Assembly (NCBI GenBank): GCA_934254835.1
Contig: CAKQMI010000002.1
Coordinates: 10,240 to 74,239, forward strand
Source of the DNA: an uncultured Clostridia bacterium
Lineage (GTDB): Bacteria > Bacillota > Clostridia > Christensenellales > CAG-917
Direction: 5' to 3'
DNA: 64,000 nt
The position numbers and the translations under genes were made by a program. Of the stretch, positions 54,612-63,191 are shown piece by piece. Below the pieces are notes generated by a model that worked only from the letters and a program-made list of their open reading frames with translations, searched no databases and was not told the DNA's origin. Position 1 is the stretch's first letter; each line of letters starts with the position of its first letter.

Positions 54612-56036
54612 TCATTTTTCTAAAACGGAGATTGCGCTTGCAATCGTCTTTTCGTAGGCTTCCATACCGTATTTATCGACGTCCGTCTTGCTCTTTTCTC
54701 CGTGGGTAAGACACCCCGCCCCGCCTATGCAACCGCCGACGCACGCCATGCCCTCGATGAAGTTTGCGTCAAGTCTGCCCTTCGATTTTTGCATAAGCGC
54801 GATTTTGCACGCCTCGATGCCGTCGCACGAGGTGGCTTTCAGTTCAAAATCACTGCCGTGTTCAATAAGTCCCTCTTTGACGGCGTCTGCAAGTCCACCG
54901 CACCGCGCGAAAATTCGTCCGAAATACGACGCGTTGTCAAGGACACCTTCTTTTAGCGTCGTTAGGTCGATATCACGGCTGTCGAACAACGCTTGCAATT
55001 CCTCAAAAGTCATCGCGACGTCAACGTAAGGACGCACTTCTTTCTTTTGTACCTCGGCTTTTTTTGCGGTGCAAGGTCCGATAAACACGACTTTGCAAGG
55101 CGCTTCGTGCTCTTTGATATACTTCGCGATCGTTGCCATCGGCGAAAGATTGTGCGACACGAACGGACGCAAATCCTTGAAGTTCTTTTCGATGTAATCG
55201 ACGAAAGCGGGACAGCACGAACTTGTGAGAAATCCTTTTTCTGCAAGTTCCTTTGACTCGGCATCGGCGACCATATCCGCGCCGAGCGCAGCCTCGACGA
55301 CGGTATAAAACCCAAGTTCTTTCAACCCCGTGACGACCTGTCCGAGTTTTGCGTAAGTGAACTGGCTGGACACCGACGGCGCAACGACCGCAAACACCTT
55401 AAACTTTTTATTGTTTTTACTTTTTTTCAATATATCGACGACGTTGATAATATACGACTTGTCGGTGATCGCGCCGAACGGGCATTGATAGACGCACGCC
55501 CCGCACGCGATACATTTTGAGTTATCGATTTTCGCTTCTTTGTCCTGCCCCATCGAGATGGCTTTGACCTTGCACGCGGACTCGCACGGACGGCGATAAT
55601 TTTGTATTGCGCTGTACGGACAAACCTTTGCGCACGCCCCACACTCTTTGCACTTCGACTTGTCGATATGCGCAACGTGATTATGGTCAAAAGTTATGGC
55701 ACCGAAGCGACACACGTCCTCACAACGGTGGGCAAGACAGCCCCTGCAAGAGTTGGTCACTTCATATCCGCCCATCGGACATTCGTCGCAAGCGATATCG
55801 ATGACTTCGATGACGTTGGGGTTTTTCTTGTCCCCGCCCGTCGCGATTTTGACGCGCTCCGTGAGGATTGCCCTTTCCTTATAAACACAGCACCGCATTG
55901 TCGGCACTTTGCCGGGAACGATGATTTTCGGAATGTCCAAAATATTGTCCTCAAGCGTGCCTGCCCACGCCTGTTTTGCAACTTCACGCAGTACCTTGTA
56001 TTTAAGGTACTGCACTTTAGTATCGAATTTTCTCAT
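54612..56036 (-). CDS. [FeFe]-hydrogenase-family protein with N-terminal ferredoxin-like 4Fe-4S domains (HfsD-like)
   Basis: 474 aa. Two CxxCxxCxxxCP motifs (CKECGACAKVCP and CIACGACVYQCP). H-cluster motifs TSSCCPAF (L1), GPCTAKKAE (L2) and EGMACVGGCIGGAG (L3). Confidence 0.85.
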   Translation of the reverse strand: MRKFDTKVQYLKYKVLREVAKQAWAGTLEDNILDIPKIIVPGKVPTMRCCVYKERAILTERVKIATGGDKKNPNVIEVIDIACDECPMGGYEVTNSCRGCLAHRCEDVCRFGAITFDHNHVAHIDKSKCKECGACAKVCPYSAIQNYRRPCESACKVKAISMGQDKEAKIDNSKCIACGACVYQCPFGAITDKSYIINVVDILKKSKNNKKFKVFAVVAPSVSSQFTYAKLGQVVTGLKELGFYTVVEAALGADMVADAESKELAEKGFLTSSCCPAFVDYIEKNFKDLRPFVSHNLSPMATIAKYIKEHEAPCKVVFIGPCTAKKAEVQKKEVRPYVDVAMTFEELQALFDSRDIDLTTLKEGVLDNASYFGRIFARCGGLADAVKEGLIEHGSDFELKATSCDGIEACKIALMQKSKGRLDANFIEGMACVGGCIGGAGCLTHGEKSKTDVDKYGMEAYEKTIASAISVLEK

Positions 56037-56054
56037 TAAAAACTAAAAAACCTC

Positions 56055-57227
56055 TTAAAAATAACTGACTTTTATGCGTTTTCCCATTTGTTTCAGGCAC
56101 TTTGACAACTCCTCGACGAGGTTCATCTTGATATTGAAATTTATGGGAAGGTCGGGATTTTGGTGCGCGGGATTGACCGCTCGCCCGACGAAAAAGTTGA
56201 TGTCGGTGGCTTCTTCAAACAGCAGACGCGCAATAAGACACGCGCCGTCGCGTCCGAAGCTCCACTTTTCGTAAAGTTTGTTTTCGCCAAGAGAGTCCTC
56301 GGCGTATTCCAGCACTTTACTGACGGTGATAACGCCCTCCGTCACAAGGTCAACGCCTTCGATTTCGGCGATTGGCGGGACATCCCCTCCGTCGTAGTTA
56401 ATGCTGGCTTTCAGCGGTTTGCCAAGGTATTTCGCGACAATGGACGAAGTCGTGCCACCGCAGACGATATGTTTGCCCTCTTTCGAGAAAAACAACGCCA
56501 TCATACGGTTTGCGTCGTCGCGATTGGACGGAGGTCCGAAAAGGATATTCATCGGCACGCGCTGTCTGACTTTTATGACGCAAGCGGTGGCGTCGTCGCC
56601 GGGTTGCCCGCCGTAAAGCCTCATGCACTCGTCCACCAAAATGGTTGAATAGGTCTTGGCGGTGTAGCCCGCGGGAGCGATTGTTTCCAAAAAGTCGACG
56701 ATATCGTCCCTTTTCCAGCCGAAGTTGTATTCTCGCCCGATACCCGCATGCGGACAGCCGTCGCTCATAGCGACGAAAATGTCGTTTTCCTGAAGTTTCA
56801 CGGTGGATTTCAAAATCTTTTTCCCGCCGATATTCATTTCTATCGTGGGATAGTCAAAGTTTTGGTCGTCGCGAATCAGGATAACCTGCGGGTTGTCGTA
56901 CTGGATAATTTCCGCTTCTTTGTTGTCGACGATATGGATAATCGTGAACGTGGAATACGCCACGCCCCTGACCGAACAAATCGGCAAAGTCGCGGCGATG
57001 GTCTCGACGCAGTCCTCGATTGTCAAGCCTTCCGCCATCATCGTCGAGATGATTTTTGACGTCAAAGTGGACAAAATACTTGCCTTGACGCCACTTCCCA
57101 ACCCGTCGGCAAGCACGATAACCGTCGAATTGTCACCGCTTTCGACGACGTCGACGTGGTCACCGCAAAGTTGCTCGCCAAAATGGTTTATGCTTTTATA
57201 GCCGATGTCAACGCACAAGTCATTCAT
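56055..57227 (-). CDS. PP2C/SpoIIE-family protein phosphatase (HfsC-like)
   Basis: 390 aa. GEQLCGDHVDVVE...VIVLADGLGSGVKASILS is the SpoIIE/PP2C metal-binding pattern. The start overlaps the stop of the upstream HydS gene by 8 nt. Confidence 0.85.
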   Translation of the reverse strand: MNDLCVDIGYKSINHFGEQLCGDHVDVVESGDNSTVIVLADGLGSGVKASILSTLTSKIISTMMAEGLTIEDCVETIAATLPICSVRGVAYSTFTIIHIVDNKEAEIIQYDNPQVILIRDDQNFDYPTIEMNIGGKKILKSTVKLQENDIFVAMSDGCPHAGIGREYNFGWKRDDIVDFLETIAPAGYTAKTYSTILVDECMRLYGGQPGDDATACVIKVRQRVPMNILFGPPSNRDDANRMMALFFSKEGKHIVCGGTTSSIVAKYLGKPLKASINYDGGDVPPIAEIEGVDLVTEGVITVSKVLEYAEDSLGENKLYEKWSFGRDGACLIARLLFEEATDINFFVGRAVNPAHQNPDLPINFNIKMNLVEELSKCLKQMGKRIKVSYF

Positions 57228-58896
57228 TATCGATTGATTCCTTCAATTTGGTCAGCGCGATTTTGGTTTCCGCCGCGGTCTCGCCGAGGAGCGACGCGAT
57301 TTCTTGCACGACGCGCATTTGTTTGTCAACGACTTTGTCGGCGATTTCAATGGTCTGGCGTGAAATTTTTTCTTTCTTTTCGCGCTCGGTTTCCTCGTCG
57401 GTGACGTCGCGCATTATGCAGATAAGCAGATGATAGGTTGCGTCGTAAACGACGGTTTCTTCAACGTACTTTCCGTATTCGGCAAGATAAACTCGTTGGT
57501 CGCGTACGTTGCGTTTTGTGGACAGCACCTGCAAGAACACGCCGGGATCCATAATGCGTACGACGGGTTCGCCCAAAATATCGGACGAGGAGCGCACGTT
57601 CATAATCTTTCTTGCGGCGGTGTTGATTTGTTGTACTTCCAGTTTTTCATTCAGAACGAAAAGCCCGTTGGGCGTGTTGTTGACTATGCAATCCGAAAAA
57701 CTTTCGGCTTTGTCTTTAAGGTACGGCAGACACATCGAAAGTTCCGCCTTGCCCTGCAAAACCGCGATTGCTTTCTCGCGACAAGTGTCGTATCCGCAAG
57801 AACCGCAGTTGAGTTCGTCCTCTTTTTTATATTTGCCCATCTCGCGAAGTTCGGCGTTGATTTCCGCCTCGGACGGCATCTTCAACTCGTGGTCGATGGG
57901 GATAAAGTGCTTTCTGATTTCAAGGGCTTCGGGTTGATTTACCTCAAAGTCCTTTTTGCCCGCGTACTTCGCGACCGACGTATAGTCTTTCACGGGCGAG
58001 CGGTGGTATTTTTCCATGACGGGACCGCCGACGCAACTTCCGATGCACGCCGACATCTCGATGAAACAGTTGTGGACGTTGCCGTTTTCGATATCTTTCA
58101 AGCATTCCTTGCAGTTTTCGACGCCGTCCACCGCCATATAGGTGTACTTGTCGTTTTGCAAAGCCATGGTTTTAAGGATACCGCCCGTCGTCGGGAAAAA
58201 TCTGGCGCGACTTTTTTCGGTGACGTCCAAATCGGGCTCAAGTTCGATGCGGGCTTCTTTCAGCCACTCGGTGAGTTCCTCAAAGGTCAACACTGCGTCG
58301 ATATAGCCTTCGTAATAATCCGCCTCGTCCTTTTTCGACACGCAGGGACCGACAAACACGACTTTTGCGTTTTTATCGCGCTTTTTAATGTCGCGCGCGT
58401 GCGCAAGCATAGGCGACAAAACGTCCGCAAGATACGGAAGCATTTGGGGAAAATATTTTTGTATAAGCAGATTTATTGAATGACAGCACGACGTGATGAT
58501 GACGTCGCGTTTATCGTCCTCAATCATTCTTTCGTATTCGGTTTTTACGATGGTCGCGCCGATTGCGGTCTCCTCGACGTCGAAAAATCCCAACTTTTTC
58601 AGGGCTTTTCTCATACCGCCGATACCGATGTTTTCGTAATTTGCAATGAACGACGGCGCAAGGCTGACGTAAACGGGATCGCCCGTCTGAATAAGGACTT
58701 TTGCCTTTTCGACCTCGGACGCAATCTCTTTTGCGTTTTGCGGACACACGACGAAGCACTGTCCGCACAAAATGCACTCATTGCCGATAATGTGCGCCTG
58801 ATTGCCCGAAAACCTTATGGACTTCACGGGACAATGGCGTATGCATTTGTAGCAGTTTTTGCAGTTTGATTTTTTAAGCGTAAGACAATCGGACAT
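57220..58896 (-). CDS. Sensory-type [FeFe]-hydrogenase with a C-terminal Cys cluster and PAS domain (HydS/HfsB-like, group C)
   Basis: 558 aa. N-terminal 2x[4Fe-4S] (CKNCYKCIRHCP and CILCGQCFVVCP). H-cluster motifs TSCCHS, GPCVSKKDE and EMSACIGSCVGGP. These are followed by CGSCGYDTC and a ~110-aa PAS-like segment with a coiled tail. Confidence 0.85.
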   Translation of the reverse strand: MSDCLTLKKSNCKNCYKCIRHCPVKSIRFSGNQAHIIGNECILCGQCFVVCPQNAKEIASEVEKAKVLIQTGDPVYVSLAPSFIANYENIGIGGMRKALKKLGFFDVEETAIGATIVKTEYERMIEDDKRDVIITSCCHSINLLIQKYFPQMLPYLADVLSPMLAHARDIKKRDKNAKVVFVGPCVSKKDEADYYEGYIDAVLTFEELTEWLKEARIELEPDLDVTEKSRARFFPTTGGILKTMALQNDKYTYMAVDGVENCKECLKDIENGNVHNCFIEMSACIGSCVGGPVMEKYHRSPVKDYTSVAKYAGKKDFEVNQPEALEIRKHFIPIDHELKMPSEAEINAELREMGKYKKEDELNCGSCGYDTCREKAIAVLQGKAELSMCLPYLKDKAESFSDCIVNNTPNGLFVLNEKLEVQQINTAARKIMNVRSSSDILGEPVVRIMDPGVFLQVLSTKRNVRDQRVYLAEYGKYVEETVVYDATYHLLICIMRDVTDEETEREKKEKISRQTIEIADKVVDKQMRVVQEIASLLGETAAETKIALTKLKESIDNE

Positions 58897-58904
58897 AGCT
58901 CCCC

Positions 58905-59165
58905 CTATTTTTCAAGAAAAAGTCTCGGCGCGACATTATCGCGCCAAAACTCATTGAACGTTTCGGGCGTTACGCCCGTGAATATTTCGTCGTTTACAGT
59001 GACGGTAACTCCTTCGCGGTTGCACTTCCCCGCGCAGAAACTTCCACAAAGTATGACTTCATCGTCCAGTTTTTGCTCCTTAACCTTCTTTTCGAACAGC
59101 GTCACGATTTCGGGTGCGCCTTTCAGGTGGCAAGAACTGCCGACGCAAATTTGTACGATAACCAT
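58905..59165 (-). CDS. Thioredoxin-like [2Fe-2S] ferredoxin (HfsA/NuoE-like), paralogue 2
   Basis: 86 aa. The Cys pattern is CVGSSCHLKG...CGSFCAGKC. Confidence 0.8.
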   Translation of the reverse strand: MVIVQICVGSSCHLKGAPEIVTLFEKKVKEQKLDDEVILCGSFCAGKCNREGVTVTVNDEIFTGVTPETFNEFWRDNVAPRLFLEK

Positions 59166-59407
59166 TATATCCTCGTCAAAATTTCGTTATTGAAAAATTC
59201 ATCGACGGTTTCGGGGCTGACCGAAAAGAACTTGTCGCCAACCGTCACCGAGACTCCTTCCTGACAGCGTCCCATACAGAACGTGCCACCGAGTTCGACC
59301 TTGTCTTTTATCTTGTTTTCGGCGATGAGGTATTGCAATCTTTCAACGACCTGACGCGAACCTTTGATGTGACAAGAACTTCCGATACATACAACTACTT
59401 TTATCAT
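59165..59407 (-). CDS. Thioredoxin-like [2Fe-2S] ferredoxin (HfsA/NuoE-like), paralogue 1
   Basis: 80 aa. CIGSSCHIKG...GGTFCMGRC. The stop overlaps the start of the next paralogue by 1 nt. Confidence 0.8.
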   Translation of the reverse strand: MIKVVVCIGSSCHIKGSRQVVERLQYLIAENKIKDKVELGGTFCMGRCQEGVSVTVGDKFFSVSPETVDEFFNNEILTRI

Positions 59408-59435
59408 TTTTCCCTTTTTCCCTCCTTTTCACGGT

Positions 59436-60185
59436 TTATTGATATTCGACAACGTTCACCCAAGACAGCAGGAATTCGCGTTCCTTTTCGTTGCCTTTTA
59501 CCGATTGCGAAGCCGCAACGATGGGCATCCATTTCTGAACGTATTGTTTTTTGGTATCCGTCTTTTCGCAGAACATATCGAGGTATTCGTTTGCGCCGTC
59601 AATATCGCCGTTGAGCCAGAACAAAAGGTAAGTTCTTGCGACGTCGGCGGAGGCGTTGCCCTGCGTTGCGTGCGACCAGTCGATGACGTACGCTTTTCCG
59701 TCGTCGCCGATGATGATGTTGGACGGGTTGAAATCACCGTGGCAAAGTTTGTTGTGCTTGGGCATGCCCTCGAGCCTCGTGTGCAAGTCATAGCGAGTTG
59801 TCGCGTCGATGTCCGCCTCGGAGATTTTCCTGTTCATTTTGTCCTTCAATTTATTGAGGAGCGGACAGGTTTTGGACTGCACTTCGATTTGCAAATTCAC
59901 GAAAAGTTCCAGATATTCGTGTTTTTTGTCGGGATTTTCAGCCATAAGTCTGTCCAAAGTTTTGCCTTTGATAAACTCGCTGATGATTGCCCATTTGCCG
60001 TCGATGGTTTCCACCGCCTTGACCTTGGGGATATTGAGCCCCGTCTCCTCGACGCGAGCCTGATTCAAAGCCTCGTTCAGGACGTCGGCTTTTTTGAAAT
60101 CTTTGTCAAAGACTTTGACGCAATTTTCGCCGTCGCGATAAACCGTCTTGTTGGTTCTGACTGCAATTACTCTGTCTAAATCCAT
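59436..60185 (-). CDS. APH/choline-kinase-family phosphotransferase (eukaryotic-like kinase fold)
   Basis: 249 aa. HGDFNPSNIII (the HxDxxxxN catalytic loop) and VIDWSHA (metal-binding Asp). Confidence 0.8.
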   Translation of the reverse strand: MDLDRVIAVRTNKTVYRDGENCVKVFDKDFKKADVLNEALNQARVEETGLNIPKVKAVETIDGKWAIISEFIKGKTLDRLMAENPDKKHEYLELFVNLQIEVQSKTCPLLNKLKDKMNRKISEADIDATTRYDLHTRLEGMPKHNKLCHGDFNPSNIIIGDDGKAYVIDWSHATQGNASADVARTYLLFWLNGDIDGANEYLDMFCEKTDTKKQYVQKWMPIVAASQSVKGNEKEREFLLSWVNVVEYQ

Positions 60186-60197
60186 ACCCTTCTCCCT

Positions 60198-62903
60198 CTA
60201 TTTCGATTTTTTATTTTCGTTGTATACTTTTTTGAAGTCGCGAGGATCGACCTTAACGTTCGCTTCCAACTCGACCTCGGGCAACGCCTTTTCGACAAAA
60301 GACTTGCCATAGTATGCGTTCAAATACATTTGTTTGATTTCGCTCATCAGCGGATAACGCGGGTTCGCGCCGGTGCATTGATCGTCGAAAGCCTGCTCCA
60401 CCATCTCGTCCAAACGATTAAGGAAATCTTGCTCGTCGGGGACGTAGTCGCGGATTGTCTTTTTGATGCCGACGCTTGCTTTCAGCCCGTCGATTGCTTT
60501 GATGAGGTTTTCAAGTTTTTCCTCGTCGGTGTTTCCGAAAATCCCAAGGTATTCGGCAACTTCGGCGTACCTTCTCAAAGTGTGCGGGTGGTCGTACTGC
60601 GGGAACGTGCCCATCTTTGTCGGCACTTCGGACGCATTAAATCTCAACACTTCGTCAATCATCAAAGCGTTTGCGACGCCGTGCGGGAGATGATGGAACG
60701 AGCCGAGTTTGTGCGCCATCGAGTGGCATACGCCGAGGAACGCGTTGGCAAAAGCCATGCCCGCCATAGTTGCCGCATTCGCCATTTTTTCGCGAGCGAC
60801 GACGTCGGATTGACCGTTTTCGTAAGCGCGCGGTAAATATTCGAATATTGTTTTCAGCGATTTCAGCGCAAGACCGTCGGTATAGTCGGTTGCAAGCATC
60901 GAAGCATACGCTTCAAGAGCGTGCGTCACTGCGTCGATACCGCTCGCCGCTGTAAGTCCGCGAGGTGCGCTCATGTGGAAATCGGTGTCGATAATCGCCA
61001 TTTTGGGCAAAAGTTCGTAGTCGGCAAGCGGATATTTCACGCCCGTCTTTTCGTCGGTGATGACCGCAAACGGAGTGACCTCACTGCCCGTGCCCGCAGA
61101 CGTCGGGATTGCGATGAAATATGCCTTTTCGCCCATCTTCGGGAAGGTGTAAACACGTTTTCTGATGTCCATAAAGCGCATTGCCATATCCATAAAATCG
61201 GCTTCGGGGTGCTCGTACATTACCCACATAATCTTGCCGGCGTCCATTGCCGAGCCACCGCCGAGAGCGATGATGCAGTCGGGATTGAAGTCGCGCATTT
61301 GCTTTGCACCCTCTTTTGCACAAGCAAGCGTGGGATCGGGTGCGACGTCAAAGAACGTCGTATGGACAATGCCCATTTCGTCCAGTTTATCGCAAATAGG
61401 CTTTGTATAGCCGTTGTTGTAAAGGAAACTGTCGGTGACGATGAACGCCCTCTTCTTTCCCATAACCGTCTTTAACTCATCAAGAGCGACGGGTAAACAG
61501 CCTTTTTTGATGTATATCTTCTCGGGTGCTCTGAACCACAACATATTTTCTCTCCTTTCCGCAACGGTTTTGATATTGACAAGATGCTTGACGCCGACGT
61601 TTTCGCTGACGCTGTTTCCTCCCCAGGTGCCACAGCCCAAAGTGAGCGACGGCGCGAGTTTGAAGTTGTACAAATCACCAATACCACCTTGCGACGAAGG
61701 AGTGTTGACAAGCACACGGCAAGTTTTCATACGGCTTTGGAATTCGTCCAGTTTTGCACGTTCCGTGATTTCATTGAGATATATCGACGACGTGTGACCG
61801 TAGCCTCCGTCGGCGATGAGTTTTTCTGCTTTTGTAAATGCGTCCTCGATGTCTTTTGCGCGGTACATTGCAAGCACCGGCGAAAGTTTCTCGTGCGCAA
61901 ATTCTTCGGATATATCGACGCTTTCGACCTCGCCGATCAAAATCTTGGTGCCTTCGGGAACGGTGACGCCCGAAAGTTGCGCGATAGTCACCGCCTTTTG
62001 TCCGACGATTTTTGCGTTGAGTGCGCCGTTTATCAATATGGTTTTTCTGACTTTTTCGGTTTCGTCGCGGTCAAGGAAGTAGCAACCTCTTTCCAAAAAC
62101 TCGCTTCTTACGGCGTCGTATACCTTGTCCAAAACGATGACCGACTGCTCGGACGCGCAAATCATACCGTTGTCGAACGTCTTTGAGTGGATTATCGAGT
62201 TGACGGCAAGCACGACGTCCGCGGTGTCGTCGATGATTGCGGGAGTGTTGCCCGCGCCGACGCCCAATGCGGGTTTGCCGGACGAATACGCCGCCTTTAC
62301 CATGCCGGGACCGCCCGTTGCAAGGATAATGTCAGCTTCTTTCATAATAAGGTTGGTCATTTCAAGCGACGGGACGTCGATCCAACCTATAATGCCCTCG
62401 GGTGCGCCTGCCGAAACAGCCGCTTCCAACACGACTTTCGCCGCCTCGATGGTGCAATGTTTTGCGCGGGGGTGCGGACTGATAATGATACCGTTTCTGG
62501 TTTTCAATGAAATCAGCGTTTTGAAAATCGCGGTTGACGTGGGATTGGTCGTGGGGATAACCGCCGCGACAAGTCCGACGGGCTCGGCAATCTTTTTGAT
62601 GCCGTACGCCTTGTCCTCCTCGATGACGCCACAGGTTTTTACGTTGCGATATGCGTTGTAAATGTATTCGGACGCATAGTGGTTTTTGATGACCTTATCT
62701 TCGACGATACCCATACCGGTTTCCTCAACCGCCATTTTTGCAAGGGGTATGCGCATTTTGTTGGCGGCGGTAGCAGCAGCCAAAAAGATTTTGTCCACCT
62801 GCTCTTCCGAATAGGTTGCAAATTTTCTTTGCGCCTCGCGCACGCTTGCGATTTTTTCGATAAGCGCGTCGACGCAATCGACGACTTTCACTTTGTTTTC
62901 CAT
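60198..62903 (-). CDS. adhE: Bifunctional acetaldehyde-CoA / alcohol dehydrogenase AdhE
   Basis: 901 aa. N-terminal ALDH domain (catalytic Cys in DNGMICASEQS) and C-terminal iron-ADH domain (GGGSAMDAGK and HSMAHKLG). Confidence 0.97.
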   Translation of the reverse strand: MENKVKVVDCVDALIEKIASVREAQRKFATYSEEQVDKIFLAAATAANKMRIPLAKMAVEETGMGIVEDKVIKNHYASEYIYNAYRNVKTCGVIEEDKAYGIKKIAEPVGLVAAVIPTTNPTSTAIFKTLISLKTRNGIIISPHPRAKHCTIEAAKVVLEAAVSAGAPEGIIGWIDVPSLEMTNLIMKEADIILATGGPGMVKAAYSSGKPALGVGAGNTPAIIDDTADVVLAVNSIIHSKTFDNGMICASEQSVIVLDKVYDAVRSEFLERGCYFLDRDETEKVRKTILINGALNAKIVGQKAVTIAQLSGVTVPEGTKILIGEVESVDISEEFAHEKLSPVLAMYRAKDIEDAFTKAEKLIADGGYGHTSSIYLNEITERAKLDEFQSRMKTCRVLVNTPSSQGGIGDLYNFKLAPSLTLGCGTWGGNSVSENVGVKHLVNIKTVAERRENMLWFRAPEKIYIKKGCLPVALDELKTVMGKKRAFIVTDSFLYNNGYTKPICDKLDEMGIVHTTFFDVAPDPTLACAKEGAKQMRDFNPDCIIALGGGSAMDAGKIMWVMYEHPEADFMDMAMRFMDIRKRVYTFPKMGEKAYFIAIPTSAGTGSEVTPFAVITDEKTGVKYPLADYELLPKMAIIDTDFHMSAPRGLTAASGIDAVTHALEAYASMLATDYTDGLALKSLKTIFEYLPRAYENGQSDVVAREKMANAATMAGMAFANAFLGVCHSMAHKLGSFHHLPHGVANALMIDEVLRFNASEVPTKMGTFPQYDHPHTLRRYAEVAEYLGIFGNTDEEKLENLIKAIDGLKASVGIKKTIRDYVPDEQDFLNRLDEMVEQAFDDQCTGANPRYPLMSEIKQMYLNAYYGKSFVEKALPEVELEANVKVDPRDFKKVYNENKKSK

Positions 62904-63011
62904 TTGAAAATCTCCCGTACGTATTTATTTTAACTTTTATACGCGACTTCGGCAAGCATTATTTACCTTTTTTACTTCGTAAACTCAACTTTTCGTCGTC
63001 GCCGTCAAACT

Positions 63012-63029
63012 TTGTTAAATTTCTAACAA
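63012..63029. promoter_or_regulatory. Candidate Rex operator 1 upstream of adhE
   Basis: TTGTTAA-ATTT-CTAACAA versus the clostridial Rex consensus TTGTTAANNNNTTAACAA: one mismatch. It lies 109 nt upstream of the adhE ATG. Confidence 0.55.
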
Positions 63030-63039
63030 TCTCTTGACA

Positions 63040-63057
63040 TTGTTAATAATATAACAA
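63040..63057. promoter_or_regulatory. Candidate Rex operator 2 upstream of adhE
   Basis: TTGTTAA-TAAT-ATAACAA: one mismatch to the same consensus. It begins 28 nt after the start of operator 1. Confidence 0.55.
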
Positions 63058-63144
63058 TCTTTTGCGGTTGTGAAATAGTACTTTTATATAAAGATATATC
63101 AAAATAAATATAAGCGTTTTTTTGTATTTTTATCCGCCGAAAAT

Positions 63145-63180
63145 AAAAAACCGATTGTATAAATACAATCGGCTGTTTTT
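63145..63180 (-). terminator. Rho-independent (bidirectional-looking) terminator after the LysR-family gene
   Basis: CCGATTGTAT-AAA-TACAATCGG, flanked by an A-run and a T-run. Confidence 0.7.
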
Positions 63181-63191
63181 GTATTTTTGCT

